From contig CAWJXD010000014.1 of NCBI GenBank assembly GCA_963846785.1, forward strand, positions 16,600 through 80,599: a stretch of DNA of 64,000 nucleotides, in the 5' to 3' direction. The stretch is from an uncultured Alphaproteobacteria bacterium. Its GTDB lineage: Bacteria; Pseudomonadota; Alphaproteobacteria; Rhizobiales; Aestuariivirgaceae. The notes beneath the pieces were generated by a model that was not told the DNA's origin, did no database searches, and saw only the letters and a list, made by a program, of their open reading frames with translations. This document shows, one piece after another, positions 32,699-44,314 of this stretch; the first letter of the stretch is position 1, and each line of letters begins with the position of its first letter. The position numbers and the translations under genes were made by a program.

Positions 32699-32706
32699 AA
32701 AAAATC

Positions 32707-33411
32707 ATGCGCCGCGCCGACCGCCTTCTTCGTGTCATACAAATTCTCCGCCGTCATCGCCGCCCGGTGATCGGGCAGGTGATAGCTGAAGAACTCGAAG
32801 TGTCGCTGCGCACAGTTTATCGCGACATCGCCGATCTCATCACCGATGGTGTACCCATCCGCGGTGAGGCAGGTGTTGGCTATGTGCTGGGCGAAGGTTA
32901 CGACCTGCCGCCTTTGATGTTCTCTGTTGATGAACTGGAAGCCATCATGTTGGGACTGCGCTGGGTGACGCGCCGGGGTGATAGTGATTTGTCACGAGCG
33001 GCGAGCGATGCGGTTGCCAAAGTAGGGACAGTGCTGCCTGCCAAACTCAAACCATTCCTGTTCGATTCGCCGCTGATTGCGCCACCATCTTTCAACCATA
33101 CAGTCGACAGCGTTGACACCGCCTCGATCCGCCATGCCATCCGCGAGCAATATCGCGTGACCATCGAATACACCGGTGAAAACCTGATCACCACCAATCG
33201 CACGATCTGGCCGCTGGCGATCTCCTATTTTGATGCGCAGCGCCTGGTTATCGCCTGGTGCGAACTGCGCCGCGATTACAGATTCTTCCGCACCGACCGC
33301 ATCAGCAAAGCCGAGATTCTCAAAGACAAATATGCCGGGCGACGCAAAGCGCTGCTCAAGGAATACCTGCAACACCGGTCCCACTATCCTGACGATGAAG
33401 TGATGGCTTAA
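32707..33411 (+). CDS. YafY-family HTH-WYL transcriptional regulator
   Basis: [21 protein letters not shown] (HTH_11), GEAGVGY, and WYL domain ([25 protein letters not shown]). Confidence 0.93.
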   Translation: MRRADRLLRVIQILRRHRRPVIGQVIAEELEVSLRTVYRDIADLITDGVPIRGEAGVGYVLGEGYDLPPLMFSVDELEAIMLGLRWVTRRGDSDLSRAASDAVAKVGTVLPAKLKPFLFDSPLIAPPSFNHTVDSVDTASIRHAIREQYRVTIEYTGENLITTNRTIWPLAISYFDAQRLVIAWCELRRDYRFFRTDRISKAEILKDKYAGRRKALLKEYLQHRSHYPDDEVMA

Positions 33412-34487
33412 TCGATTGCGAGCGAACCCGAATAAGAAACCTGTGGCTCCTTGCCCTTGCGCTTGGCAATGAAGCCAAGTTCGACGACTCGCTCACCCGA
33501 TTTCTTCAGAACCGCCGCTATCTTCTTGGCCTGACTAGGTTTTACGACAACGATCATGCCCACACCACAATTGAATGTGCGCAACATTTCAGCTTCAGTG
33601 ACACCACCTGTTCGCGCCAGCCACCCAAACACCGGAAGCATCGGGACCGCATTAAGATTGATCTGGGCGACTGTTCCTTTGGGAAGGACGCGGGGGATAT
33701 TCTCCGTGAAACCGCCGCCCGTGATATGCGCCAACGCCTTGATACCCGGCACTTTCAGCGCCTTGAGGATCGCCTTCACGTAAATGCGAGTAGGGGTCAG
33801 AAGCACTTCGGCAACGGTGCCTTTCGCAAAAGGTGCTTTGTCGTCCAGTTTCAAACCGCTGACGTCCACAATCTTGCGGATCAGCGAATATCCGTTTGAA
33901 TGCGGACCACTTGAAGCAAGGCCCAGAATGACATCTCCAGCCTTCACATCTTTGGACGGCAGTATCTTCTGCCGCTCAACCGCACCCACGGCAAACCCGG
34001 CAAGATCATAGTCGCCACCATGATACATGCCCGGCATTTCGGCCGTTTCGCCACCAATCAATGCACAGCCCGCTTGCCTGCACCCGTCCGCGATTCCCGC
34101 AATCACATCGCGCGCCGCCTTGATGTCGAGCTTGCCCGTCGCATAGTAATCCAGAAAAAACAGCGGCTCCGCCCCTTGCACCACCAAATCGTTCACCGAC
34201 ATGGCGACGAGATCAATGCCCACACCGCGATGCATGCCACTGTCGATGGCGAGCTTGAGCTTGGTACCAACACCATCATTGGCGGCAACCAGAACGGGGT
34301 CTTTGAAGCCACAGCGCTTGAGATCGAACAGCCCGCCAAATCCGCCAAGGGCTGCGTCCGCCCCCTTGCGTCGTGTCGATTTCGCCAACGGCTTGATCAG
34401 CGTGACGAGGTCATTCCCCGCCGTAATGTCAACGCCGGCGTCGGCATATGTCAGGCCCTTTTGTTTTGCTTGTTTGCGCGCGACCAT
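33408..34487 (-). CDS. purM: Phosphoribosylformylglycinamidine cyclo-ligase
   Basis: [41 protein letters not shown] and RTFNCGVG motifs. Confidence 0.97.
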   Translation of the reverse strand: MVARKQAKQKGLTYADAGVDITAGNDLVTLIKPLAKSTRRKGADAALGGFGGLFDLKRCGFKDPVLVAANDGVGTKLKLAIDSGMHRGVGIDLVAMSVNDLVVQGAEPLFFLDYYATGKLDIKAARDVIAGIADGCRQAGCALIGGETAEMPGMYHGGDYDLAGFAVGAVERQKILPSKDVKAGDVILGLASSGPHSNGYSLIRKIVDVSGLKLDDKAPFAKGTVAEVLLTPTRIYVKAILKALKVPGIKALAHITGGGFTENIPRVLPKGTVAQINLNAVPMLPVFGWLARTGGVTEAEMLRTFNCGVGMIVVVKPSQAKKIAAVLKKSGERVVELGFIAKRKGKEPQVSYSGSLAID

Positions 34488-34575
34488 ACGGGTAGTTTGC
34501 CCCAACTTTGCAGAGTGCAGTTTGAAAGCAGGGTGTTAGCCCGAAGTGGCGGCAGGTAAAAGCCTGAAGAGGGGA

Positions 34576-35694
34576 ATGCGGATAACTTTTAGGATGCGGT
34601 TTTTGAGGGCTTTGGTGGGTTTGGCTGCAACACTTGTGTCGCTGGCGGCGAGTCATGCCGCTGGCCCGGTGGAAACCAGTGTTTTTGCTGTACAAGGTGT
34701 TGATATTGACATTACCGACACGGATGCCGCGACGGCCAAGGAAAAGGCCCTTGTGGATGTCCAACTCAAGGCTTTTAACATTCTGGCTGAGCGGCAGGAA
34801 AATCCCGGACTCATCGAAAGCGTGGCCAAACTAGAAACCAAGGACGTATTGCCATACCTGAAATCCCTTTCCATTGAAGAGGAAAGCATTAGCCCTGGCC
34901 GATACATTGGGAAGTTCACTGTTCGGTTCTTGCCCAAAAAAACCACCGCGCTGTACGAAAAATTCGGCATCAGTTTACCTGATGACCAGGGTCCGCCGCT
35001 GCTGGTCATACCCGTTTGGAAAGACACAGATGGTCCCAAACTTTGGGAAGAAAACTTGTGGCGTGCCGCTTGGTTGGCACTCAAGGCAGAGCAAACGGCA
35101 GTACCCATCATCGTTGCGTTGGGTGATGCAGATGATCAGAAAATCATTGGGTCACTGGATGTGGCGACGACGGACCCGGTTACGCTGGAAGCTTTGCGCC
35201 GCCGTTACGATGTGAAATACATGCTGTTGGCCGAAGCCTCACCTGCGCTGACGGGCGGTATCACTGTCAGGATTCAAGGTGAAAGTCCCGTGGGACAGGT
35301 CAGGATCGACAAGACATATACCGACGAAGCAGGGACGTTGCCAGGAGCCGCCACCGTTGCCGTAACCCGGTTCCATGAAATCATGGTCGCCAAGTACCGC
35401 AAGGACCAGGCCAAGGTGGCGGCCGCAGAAGCCGAAGAAGCAGCAGCTCGTGCCGGTCCGCAATCGATTCCGGCAGCAGTTCCATTTGCCAGTCCGTCGC
35501 AATGGAATGGTATCCGGTCCCGTATCCTCTCGGCACCGGGTGTGCTGGGTGTGGACGTGACTTCGCTTGGTGCTGATGGTGCAGTGATCAAGCTGTTGTA
35601 TCAAGGTCAAATCAAAACGCTCAGCGGATCGTTTGAGTCTGCCGGTTTGCAATTGTCCGAAATTGGGGGCACCTGGGTCATCCAGTCGTTGTAA
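34576..35694 (+). CDS. DUF2066 domain protein
   Basis: Signal peptide; VDIDITDTDAATAKEKA, RYIGKFTVRF and LWEENLWRAAW; conserved position divergent from purM. Confidence 0.75.
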   Translation: MRITFRMRFLRALVGLAATLVSLAASHAAGPVETSVFAVQGVDIDITDTDAATAKEKALVDVQLKAFNILAERQENPGLIESVAKLETKDVLPYLKSLSIEEESISPGRYIGKFTVRFLPKKTTALYEKFGISLPDDQGPPLLVIPVWKDTDGPKLWEENLWRAAWLALKAEQTAVPIIVALGDADDQKIIGSLDVATTDPVTLEALRRRYDVKYMLLAEASPALTGGITVRIQGESPVGQVRIDKTYTDEAGTLPGAATVAVTRFHEIMVAKYRKDQAKVAAAEAEEAAARAGPQSIPAAVPFASPSQWNGIRSRILSAPGVLGVDVTSLGADGAVIKLLYQGQIKTLSGSFESAGLQLSEIGGTWVIQSL

Positions 35695-35695
35695 C

Positions 35696-36247
35696 ATGCG
35701 AATTCCGGTCAATCTCCCCAATGTCATCACCATTTTGCGCATATTGCTTGTGCCTTTTACGGTTTGGCTGATGATATCTGGAGCATTTGGCGTCGCGTTC
35801 TTGTCCTTTGTTGTCGCGGGTATCAGCGATGCAATCGACGGCTACATTGCGCGCCGGTTTAATCTGCAAACCGATGTCGGTGCCTATCTCGATCCGTTGG
35901 CCGACAAGGCACTTCTAGTTTCCATTTTCGTGATGCTGGGTATTCTTCAAGTCATCCCGACGTGGTTGGTCATTCTGGTCGTGTCGCGCGACGTGTTGAT
36001 CATTGGTGGGGTCATGTTGGCCTGGATCATGGAAAAGCCCTTGGCAATGCTTCCGTCCCTCATCAGCAAAGTCAATACGACGATCCAGATCATCTTCGCT
36101 GGAACAATGTTGGCAATGCTGGGCACAAACCTTCAACTTGAAGGGCTGGTATTGGCCGGTATCGTGGCAGTCACAGTTTTGACCTTGGCCTCCGGCGCGT
36201 TGTATATGCGCGAGTGGATGCGCCACATGGCAGGCAAGGAACGCTGA
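35696..36247 (+). CDS. CDP-alcohol phosphatidyltransferase family protein
   Basis: NLPNVITILR and SDAIDGYIARRF...GAYLDPLADK motifs. Confidence 0.92.
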   Translation: MRIPVNLPNVITILRILLVPFTVWLMISGAFGVAFLSFVVAGISDAIDGYIARRFNLQTDVGAYLDPLADKALLVSIFVMLGILQVIPTWLVILVVSRDVLIIGGVMLAWIMEKPLAMLPSLISKVNTTIQIIFAGTMLAMLGTNLQLEGLVLAGIVAVTVLTLASGALYMREWMRHMAGKER

Positions 36248-37365
36248 TGACCACGCAGAAACAAGTGTCGATATGGCTGGGTGCCCTCGCAGTTTCAGTT
36301 TTGCTGCTGTGGTATCTGCAAGACATTCTGCTGCCTTTCATTGCCGGCTTTGTGCTGGCTTATTTTCTTGATCCCGTTGCCGATCGGCTTGAAGCCATGG
36401 GCGCGCGCCGCCTTGTTGCAACGCTGTTTATTTTGGCGGTCGCAGTGTTGGCAGTTGTCATGGCGGTACTGCTGTTGCTGCCGCTGTTCAACGACCAGTT
36501 ACTCAAACTCATGGGTGATTTGCCAGAGCTCATCAAATCATTGCTGACGCGCATTGATCAAATAGCACCTCAAAGCCTGAAGGATCTGTTGGCCCGAAGC
36601 GGCACCTCGGCATCTGGCTCCGTCGCAGACATCGCAACCAAGGCAACCGGTTGGCTTGCCACCATAGTTGGGTCGGTGTGGTCAGGCGGTATGGCGGTGG
36701 TCAACGTCCTGTCGCTCATGATCGTAACGCCCATTGTTGCCTTTTATCTTCTGTTGGACTGGGACCACATTGTTGCAAAAATAGACAGCCTGTTGCCGCG
36801 AGATCATCTTGAGGAAATTCGCGACATCGCACGCAACATTGACAACGCCATGGCTGGATTTATCCGCGGGCAGGGCACAGTTTGCCTCCTGCTCGGTGTG
36901 CTATACGCAACAGCCCTGTCGCTTGCTGGATTGAAATTTGGCCTGGCTATTGGCTTTGGCGCGGGCTTGTTGAGCTTCATTCCCTACGTCGGCGCATTGA
37001 TCGGAGGCGTCATGGCAATTGGCGTGGCGCTTGTGCAGTTTTGGCCTGACTTTACGTCAATAGCCATAATCGTTGCCATCTTTGCTGCTGGGCAATTTAT
37101 TGAGGGCAATTTCCTGTCGCCAAAACTGGTGGGCGGCTCCATTGGCCTGCACCCTGTCTGGTTGATGTTTGCACTCTTTGCCTTTGGCTACACCTTTGGC
37201 TTTGCAGGTCTGTTGCTGGCCGTACCGCTGGCAGCTGCTGCTGGTGTGTTGGTCCGCCATTCACTGGGGCGCTACCTCCGGTCCAAACTATACACGGGTG
37301 TACCGCAGCATGTGCCCGTCGCCACCACGACATTGCAAACCAGACGCGGCAAGCGCACCACGTGA
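36247..37365 (+). CDS. AI-2E family (PerM) transporter
   Basis: LLPFIAGFVLAYFLDP, GFIRGQ, SFIPYVG, EGNFLSPKLVG and GLHPVW motifs. Confidence 0.92.
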   Translation: MTTQKQVSIWLGALAVSVLLLWYLQDILLPFIAGFVLAYFLDPVADRLEAMGARRLVATLFILAVAVLAVVMAVLLLLPLFNDQLLKLMGDLPELIKSLLTRIDQIAPQSLKDLLARSGTSASGSVADIATKATGWLATIVGSVWSGGMAVVNVLSLMIVTPIVAFYLLLDWDHIVAKIDSLLPRDHLEEIRDIARNIDNAMAGFIRGQGTVCLLLGVLYATALSLAGLKFGLAIGFGAGLLSFIPYVGALIGGVMAIGVALVQFWPDFTSIAIIVAIFAAGQFIEGNFLSPKLVGGSIGLHPVWLMFALFAFGYTFGFAGLLLAVPLAAAAGVLVRHSLGRYLRSKLYTGVPQHVPVATTTLQTRRGKRTT

Positions 37366-38054
37366 CAGGGCAATTGATTTTTGATTTGGTCCTGCGTCCA
37401 GCACTGAGCCGCGAGGATTTTCTCGTCACAGAATCAAATGCGGCCGCAGTGGCTCTCGTCGATCAATGGCCGGTCTGGCCAAGTTATGCTGCAGCGATCA
37501 TCGGTCCGCCCGGCAGCGGTAAATCACATTTGGCTGAAGTGTTCCGTCAGCGCTCTCACGCCCAACGTATCACGGCTGACGAGTTGACCGTAGCTGACGT
37601 ACCTCACCTCACGGCGACAAAGTCACTCGTCATTGAAGACTGTGACGCCGCACCGTTTGATGAAACGGCTTTATTCCACACCTTCAACTTGGCCCGCCAG
37701 AATTCTTATCATCTCTTGCTGACGGCTGTCGTTGAACCCCGCAGCTGGAACATTTCGCTTCCGGACCTCGCATCCAGACTGAACGCAACACCCGTCGTCC
37801 CGATTCTTCTGCCGGATGATACCTTGCTGCGGGGTGCCATGATCAAACAGTTCAATGACAGACAGCTTGCTGTCACCGAGCCAGTAATTGCCTATTTGGT
37901 CCAGCGCATGCCGCGCAGCCTTGACGCCGTTCGGGCCATTGTGGATGAAATTGACCAACGCGCCATGGTTGAGCGGGCTGAGATAACCCGACCTTTCGTG
38001 GCCCGCATTCTCTCTCGGTTTACCAGTCCGGCGCTTTTCACGGACGATATATGA
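37362..38054 (+). CDS. hdaA: DnaA regulatory inactivator HdaA
   Basis: QLIFDL clamp-binding motif, SREDFLV, GPPGSGKSHLA and LPDLASRL. Confidence 0.88.
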   Translation: MTGQLIFDLVLRPALSREDFLVTESNAAAVALVDQWPVWPSYAAAIIGPPGSGKSHLAEVFRQRSHAQRITADELTVADVPHLTATKSLVIEDCDAAPFDETALFHTFNLARQNSYHLLLTAVVEPRSWNISLPDLASRLNATPVVPILLPDDTLLRGAMIKQFNDRQLAVTEPVIAYLVQRMPRSLDAVRAIVDEIDQRAMVERAEITRPFVARILSRFTSPALFTDDI

Positions 38055-38055
38055 A

Positions 38056-38110
38056 GTTTCACCAAACCTTCACAATGCCGCATTAAACTCTTAACATTCA
38101 TTAAGAGTTT
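38056..38110 (+). promoter_or_regulatory. Pho-box-like direct repeats plus perfect 10-bp inverted repeat upstream of ppk
   Basis: GTTTCAC/CCTTCAC at 11-bp spacing (38056, 38067); AAACTCTTAA-cattca-TTAAGAGTTT (38085-38110). Confidence 0.45.
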
Positions 38111-38113
38111 GCC

Positions 38114-40270
38114 ATGAATGATATGAGCCAGCAGCCAATAGCGATGGATAGCCCGTCACGATTTATCAACCGCGAACTGTCGTGGCTGGCCTTCAACATG
38201 CGTGTGTTGGAAGAGGCAAAGAATACCAACCACCCTCTCCTGGAGCGCCTCCGCTTCCTGTCCATCTCCGGCAACAATCTCGATGAATTCTTTATGGTTC
38301 GTGTGGCTGGTCTGGTCGAACAAGTGCGTGAACACGTAGACGAAATCAGTCAGGATGGTCTCAACGCCACGCAGCAATTGATGATGATCCGCAGCCAGGC
38401 GCAAGTGTTGATGGCCGAGCAGGATCATCGTTGGCTCGCATTGCAGGATGAGTTGAAAGCGGCAGGAATTGAAACTGTAACGTCGGACGCTTTGACGGAC
38501 AGTGAACGCCAATGGCTCGATACACGGTTTCTGGAATACATCCTTCCCGTCGTGACGCCAATTGCCATTGATCCGGCACATCCGTTTCCTTTCATTCTGA
38601 ATCGCGGATTTGTGCAGGCAGTGGAACTGAAACGGCGCGTCGATGGTTTTGCGATGCGCGCGCTATTGCCAATACCGCAACAGTTGGAACGCTTTATCCG
38701 GTTGCCCGGACCAGGAATTCGGTTCATCGCTATTGAAGAAATGCTGAGCAGTTACGTACCGCGATTGTTTCCTGGCTACGACGTTATCGGCAAGGGGCTC
38801 TTCCGTGTTCTGCGCGACAGCGATCTTGAAATTGAAGAAGAGGCCGAAGACCTTGTGCGCGTATTCGAAAGCGCCCTGAAGCGCCGTCGTCGAGGGTCTG
38901 TCATTCGCATGGAAGTCGATGCCGCAAGTCCGCTGCATTTGCGTCAATTCATTGCACAGGAACTCGAAGTCGATAACGAGGCAGTTGTCGTGAGTGCTGG
39001 CCTTGTGGGTTACGCAGATACTGCCACTCTGATTGTCGACGAACGCCCGGACCTCAAATTCAAACCCTACGTCCCACGCTTTCCCGAGCGCGTCCGTGAA
39101 AACGGCGGCGACATTTTCGCTGCCATACGCCAGAAGGACTTTGTCGTTCACCACCCCTATGAATCTTTTGACGTTGTGGTGGATTTCATTCGCCAAGCCG
39201 CAAGCGACCCGGATGTCATAGCCATCAAGCAAACCCTCTATCGGACATCTGCGAATTCGCCGATCATTGCCGCATTGGCCAAGGCTGCGGAAGCTGGAAA
39301 ATCAGTCATGGCATTGGTTGAGTTGAAGGCGCGGTTTGATGAAGAGGCCAACATCCAGTGGGCCAGGAATCTCGAACGCGCAGGCGTGCAGGTCGTATTT
39401 GGATTCATCGAACTGAAAACCCATGCCAAGGTTTCCATGGTTGTCCGCCGCGAAGGTGGCAACATGCGCACTTATGTGCATTTCGGCACCGGCAACTACC
39501 ACCCCGTCACGGCAAAGATATACACTGATCTCTCGTTCTTTACGGACACGCCTGCCTTGGTGCGCGATGCTGCGCGACTGTTCAATTATATTTCCGGATA
39601 CGCGCAACCCGCTGAACTGGAAAAAATTTCACTGTCACCACTTAATCTCAAAGATCGCCTGCTTGCGCATATTGAGGAAGAAATCGCCTTCGCCAAACAG
39701 GGCCGACCCGCGCAGATATGGGCCAAGCTCAATTCATTGGTCGACCCCGGCATTATTGACGCCTTGTATCGCGCCTCTCAAGCCGGCGTCAGCATCGACC
39801 TTGTCGTCAGGGGAATCTCCTGCTTGCGGCCCGGCGTGCCGGGCCTTTCCGAAAACATTCGGGTGAAATCCATTGTGGGCCGATTTCTTGAGCATTCCCG
39901 CATCGTTTGCTTTGGGAACGGCGATGCCTTGCCCCACCCCAACGCCAAGGTTTACATTGGCTCAGCCGACTGGATGCCGCGCAATTTGCATCGTCGCGTC
40001 GAAACGCTGATTCCCATCGAAAATCCGACCGTCCATGACCAGATCCTCGATCAAATCATGGTTGCAAACCTGCGCGACAATGAACAAAGCTGGGAGTTGC
40101 TGCCCGACGGCACCTCACGTCGCATCCAACCCGCAGCCGGTGAAGCACCGTTTAATGCGCATCAATATTTCATGGAAAACCCGTCTCTCTCTGGACGTGG
40201 CAGCTCACTCAAGGGTAACATCCCGCCTGCAATTGAAACAGGTCACAAGCGGACGGCGAAGAAAAAGTGA
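38114..40270 (+). CDS. ppk: Polyphosphate kinase 1
   Basis: [58 protein letters not shown] and SADWMPRN motifs. Confidence 0.97.
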   Translation: MNDMSQQPIAMDSPSRFINRELSWLAFNMRVLEEAKNTNHPLLERLRFLSISGNNLDEFFMVRVAGLVEQVREHVDEISQDGLNATQQLMMIRSQAQVLMAEQDHRWLALQDELKAAGIETVTSDALTDSERQWLDTRFLEYILPVVTPIAIDPAHPFPFILNRGFVQAVELKRRVDGFAMRALLPIPQQLERFIRLPGPGIRFIAIEEMLSSYVPRLFPGYDVIGKGLFRVLRDSDLEIEEEAEDLVRVFESALKRRRRGSVIRMEVDAASPLHLRQFIAQELEVDNEAVVVSAGLVGYADTATLIVDERPDLKFKPYVPRFPERVRENGGDIFAAIRQKDFVVHHPYESFDVVVDFIRQAASDPDVIAIKQTLYRTSANSPIIAALAKAAEAGKSVMALVELKARFDEEANIQWARNLERAGVQVVFGFIELKTHAKVSMVVRREGGNMRTYVHFGTGNYHPVTAKIYTDLSFFTDTPALVRDAARLFNYISGYAQPAELEKISLSPLNLKDRLLAHIEEEIAFAKQGRPAQIWAKLNSLVDPGIIDALYRASQAGVSIDLVVRGISCLRPGVPGLSENIRVKSIVGRFLEHSRIVCFGNGDALPHPNAKVYIGSADWMPRNLHRRVETLIPIENPTVHDQILDQIMVANLRDNEQSWELLPDGTSRRIQPAAGEAPFNAHQYFMENPSLSGRGSSLKGNIPPAIETGHKRTAKKK

Positions 40271-41775
40271 GTTGGCATTCAGGTTTTAGGACGGCATCTC
40301 CCAAGTACCGGCCCGTCGCTGTGGTCGATATCGGCTCCAATTCTGTACGCCTCGTTGTCTATGACGGATTGCGCCGATCACCATCTCCAGTGTTCAACGA
40401 AAAAGTCTTGTGTGGTTTGGGCAAGGGCATAGCGCTGACCGGCAAACTGAATGAGAGTTCCATTGTACGCGCCTTGGCAGCACTACGCCGGTTTCGCGCG
40501 TTGATCCGCCAGATCGGCGTCAAGGAAACCTTCGTTGTTGCAACGGCCGCCGCGCGCGAGGCAAAAAACGGCAAGGAATTTGTCGATCGGGCGGAAGAAG
40601 CATTGGGCGCGCGTATTTCAGTTCTGACGGGTAAGGAAGAGGCACGTTTTGCGGCCCTTGGCGTGATTGCAGGCTGTCCAGAAGCGGATGGTGTGGTCGG
40701 TGATCTCGGTGGTGGTTCGTTGGAACTCATCGACATTCGAAAGGGTAAACTGTACGATGGCATAACGCTGCCGCTAGGTGCATTGAGGCTGATTGACATG
40801 TCCGGTGGCGATATGGATCGCGCGCGAAAAATTGTGGATGAAGCGTTGGGTCAAACAAAAGTTCTGGAAAGACTAAACGGTCGTACGTTTTATGCCGTGG
40901 GCGGCACGTGGCGAAATATTGCCCGCCTGCATATGGCGCATACTCAATACCCCCTGCATATCTTGCATCAATACGTCATGACCAGGCAACAGGCCGAAGG
41001 CATTTCTGAATTGGTTTCAGGCTTGTCGGCGACAGCACTAAAAGACATGAAAGACGTGTCCAAGAGCCGTGGTGACACACTTCCCTTTGGTGCAATGGTA
41101 CTCGAACGCCTGTTGCACAAGTCCCATGCCAAGGACGTCGTCAGTTCAGTTCTGGGTGTGCGAGAGGGGCTGCTCTACTCCAAATTGCCCAAGCGCAAGA
41201 TGCAGGCCGATGCACTCTTGTCGTCATGTTGGGATTTTGCCCGCCGCTATGCGCGCTCACCCGCCCACGAACTCGAGTTATGTGACTGGACTGATCAGCT
41301 GTTTCACAAAAAGGGCATACAGGAAACACCTGAGGAGCAACGCCTGCGTTACGCTGCTTGCTTATTGGCGGACATTGGTTGGCGCGCGCATCCCGATTAC
41401 CGTGCTGATCGCTCGCTGGGCATGATTTCGCAAGCAGCATTTGTGGGTGTGGATCACGCAGGCCGCGCATTTCTCGCTATGACTGTTTTCTATCGCTATG
41501 ATGGCGAAACACCTCAAGACGACCTCTCCAGGCTGATCACTGACACTGCAATGGAGCGGGCCCATTTGTTGAGTTCAATTTTTCGCCTGGCCTATATTTT
41601 GTCGGCCGCCATGCCTGGCATGTTGCCAAAGATCGGGATTGAAATCAAAGCTGACAGAACACTGGAGCTGCAGTTGCCGACGCGTCTTAAGGACCTGATG
41701 GGCGAACGCGTTGAAAAACGACTTTCGATTCTTGCGTTTGAACTTGGCTTAACACCCAAAGTCTCAATCAAGTAA
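40267..41775 (+). CDS. ppx: Exopolyphosphatase (Ppx/GppA)
   Basis: [32 protein letters not shown] and [11 protein letters not shown] motifs; follows ppk. Confidence 0.94.
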   Translation: MSWHSGFRTASPKYRPVAVVDIGSNSVRLVVYDGLRRSPSPVFNEKVLCGLGKGIALTGKLNESSIVRALAALRRFRALIRQIGVKETFVVATAAAREAKNGKEFVDRAEEALGARISVLTGKEEARFAALGVIAGCPEADGVVGDLGGGSLELIDIRKGKLYDGITLPLGALRLIDMSGGDMDRARKIVDEALGQTKVLERLNGRTFYAVGGTWRNIARLHMAHTQYPLHILHQYVMTRQQAEGISELVSGLSATALKDMKDVSKSRGDTLPFGAMVLERLLHKSHAKDVVSSVLGVREGLLYSKLPKRKMQADALLSSCWDFARRYARSPAHELELCDWTDQLFHKKGIQETPEEQRLRYAACLLADIGWRAHPDYRADRSLGMISQAAFVGVDHAGRAFLAMTVFYRYDGETPQDDLSRLITDTAMERAHLLSSIFRLAYILSAAMPGMLPKIGIEIKADRTLELQLPTRLKDLMGERVEKRLSILAFELGLTPKVSIK

Positions 41776-42949
41776 CCGTTTGCTTCAGGATTGCAGCCCG
41801 ACCCTTGGCCATGCCGATGACGGCGCGTCCATTTTTAAGATCAAGGGCAAGCGCTCCAAACACGTTGCGTCGCCACCCTTCCATGGCACCGACCTTGGCA
41901 TCATCACTGACCGCAATCGCATCTATGTCACTCGTTGTTGCCAACAGCTTGGGAGCGATGCCTTGAGACTCACTGACAATCTTGAGTGCGAGTTTGAGAA
42001 CCTCCGCGACGGCCTCTTGCGATGCTGACATTTCTTCGCCTCGTCCCTTTGGGGAAGGGATGAGGGCAGGGTCCATGGCTTGCGATTCAGCAACGGCCGC
42101 AAGCACACCTTTGCCAATCGGAGAATCTGCCGATCCGCGCGGCAGCAATCGCAACTGTTGCAGGGCTTCCCGCGTGGTAGGGACCTGAATTGCGATTTCA
42201 CCCACGGCTTCATCTTTGAGAATGCGCCCACGTGGAACATCCTTGTTTTGCGCTTCGCGTTCCCGCCACGCAGCAACCGCCATCAAAGCCGCCTGCTGCT
42301 TTTTTGTTTGAATACGAGCCTTGATCCGTCGCCAGCTGTCTTTCGGATCAACCCGATAGGTTTCTGCATCTGCCAAATCAGCAAGATCTTCTTCAAGCCA
42401 GGAATGTCGGCCTTTTTCGGTGATGTCCGCCATCAGTTTCGCATAAACAGTGCGCAGATGTGTTACGTCTGAAATCGCATAGGCCATTTGCTTTTGGGTC
42501 AGCGGTCGCCGCGCCCAATCGGTGAACTGTGATGATTTGTCGATTTGCGCACCGACAAGTTTTCGCACAATCGCTTCATAGCCCACCTGGTCGCCAAACC
42601 CGCACACCATGGCTGCAATCTGCGTGTCAAAAATCGGCTTCGGAACTTTACCATGCAACTTCAGAATGATTTCGATGTCCTGGCGCGCGGCATGAAAGAC
42701 CTTCATGATTTTTGTGTTGTCCATCAGCGCAAAAAACGGCGCGAGGTCAATATCTTCGGCCAGCGGATCAATCAGAGCCGCGTGTTCCTCGCCCGCGAGT
42801 TGAATAAGGCAGAGTTTTGGATAATAAGTTGTCTCGCGCAGAAACTCGGTATCCACCGTAATATAAGTCTCATGTGCCACACTTTCGCAAAATGAAGCGA
42901 GAGCTGCCGTGGTTTCGAGGACTGTGATGGGAAGCTGTTTTGAGGTCAT
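41768..42949 (-). CDS. rnd: Ribonuclease D
   Basis: VDTEFLRETTYYPKLCLIQ, FHAARQD, FDTQIAA, YAISDV and HRDC domains. Confidence 0.95.
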   Translation of the reverse strand: MTSKQLPITVLETTAALASFCESVAHETYITVDTEFLRETTYYPKLCLIQLAGEEHAALIDPLAEDIDLAPFFALMDNTKIMKVFHAARQDIEIILKLHGKVPKPIFDTQIAAMVCGFGDQVGYEAIVRKLVGAQIDKSSQFTDWARRPLTQKQMAYAISDVTHLRTVYAKLMADITEKGRHSWLEEDLADLADAETYRVDPKDSWRRIKARIQTKKQQAALMAVAAWREREAQNKDVPRGRILKDEAVGEIAIQVPTTREALQQLRLLPRGSADSPIGKGVLAAVAESQAMDPALIPSPKGRGEEMSASQEAVAEVLKLALKIVSESQGIAPKLLATTSDIDAIAVSDDAKVGAMEGWRRNVFGALALDLKNGRAVIGMAKGRAAILKQTVT

Positions 42950-42996
42950 TTTTCTTTATTTTTCAGCTTCTTGATACCACTATTAGAGTACAGTTC

Positions 42997-44304
42997 TCAA
43001 GTCCCCCCAAAAACCCGCCTGAAAATCGTGTCCACATGCTTGGTGTGGTACCCAAGATCGAAAAGACCTTCGAGCTCAGCAGTTGACAACTTGGCACTCA
43101 CATCCTTGTCCGCCTTGAGAAGGTCGAGAAACTGCCCTTCGCCTCGCCAAACAGGCATGGCGTTACGCTGCACGGCGGCATAGGACTCTTCCCGGCTCAT
43201 GCCCTTTTGGGTCAATGCCAACAGGATTCGCTGCGAATGCACCAAGCCCCCCAACCTGTCGAGATTGCGCTGCATATTGTCTGGGTAAACCACCAGCTTG
43301 CTGATCACGCCAGCCAATCGCTTCAAGGCAAAATCCAGATGCGCCGTGGCATCGGGCCCAATGCCGCGCTCAACGGAAGAATGAGAAATGTCTCGTTCAT
43401 GCCATAGCACCACGTTTTCGAGTGCGGGCACGACTGCGGAACGAACCAGTCGAGCAAGACCTGTAAGATTTTCCGTGAGAACAGGGTTGCGCTTGTGCGG
43501 CATGGCGCTGGACCCTTTTTGTCCGGGCGAGAAATACTCTTCCACCTCCAGCACTTCGGTCCGCTGCAGATGCCGGATTTCGGTGGCAACCCGTTCGACT
43601 GAGCTCGCAATGACGCCCAGGACGGAAAAGAACATGGCGTGTCGGTCACGCGGGATCACTTGCGTTGAAACCGGTTCAACAGCCAGTCCGAGCTTCCTGG
43701 CAACATGCGCCTCAACCGATGGATCAATGTTGGCAAACGTGCCAACTGCACCGGAAATGGCGCAGGTCGCGATGTCTTTCCGCGCAAACTCCAACCTTTC
43801 GCGGGCCCGGGAAAATTCGGCATAGGCATAGGCGAGTTTCAGGCCAAATGTCACAGGCTCCGCATGGATACCATGGCTCCGGCCAATACAGAGTGTGTCT
43901 TTGTGTTCATTGGCCCGTGTCTTCAGCGCATTCAAAACCTCATCAATATCTTCCAACAACAAGTCCGCCGCCCGCACCAGCTGCACGTTGAGGCAAGTAT
44001 CCAGAATGTCAGATGACGTCATGCCCTGGTGCACAAACCGTGCATCGGGTCCCACAATCTCTGCCAGATGTGTCAGAAACGCGATCACGTCATGCTTGGT
44101 TATAGCTTCAATCTCGTCAATACGTGCCACGTCAAAAACGGCATCACGACCCTTGTCCCAAATAGTCTCGGCTGCTGACTTCGGCACCACGCCCAATTCT
44201 GCCAACCTGTCAGTGGCATGAGCTTCAATCTCGAACCAGATGCGAAAGCGGGTTTGTGGGGCCCAAATATCGGCCATTTCTTTGCGGGTATAACGGGGGA
44301 TCAT
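42997..44304 (-). CDS. purB: Adenylosuccinate lyase
   Basis: MIPRYTR, HDVIAFL, GRSHGIHAEP and GSSAMPHKRNP motifs. Confidence 0.97.
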   Translation of the reverse strand: MIPRYTRKEMADIWAPQTRFRIWFEIEAHATDRLAELGVVPKSAAETIWDKGRDAVFDVARIDEIEAITKHDVIAFLTHLAEIVGPDARFVHQGMTSSDILDTCLNVQLVRAADLLLEDIDEVLNALKTRANEHKDTLCIGRSHGIHAEPVTFGLKLAYAYAEFSRARERLEFARKDIATCAISGAVGTFANIDPSVEAHVARKLGLAVEPVSTQVIPRDRHAMFFSVLGVIASSVERVATEIRHLQRTEVLEVEEYFSPGQKGSSAMPHKRNPVLTENLTGLARLVRSAVVPALENVVLWHERDISHSSVERGIGPDATAHLDFALKRLAGVISKLVVYPDNMQRNLDRLGGLVHSQRILLALTQKGMSREESYAAVQRNAMPVWRGEGQFLDLLKADKDVSAKLSTAELEGLFDLGYHTKHVDTIFRRVFGGT

Positions 44305-44314
44305 TATTAAACCT

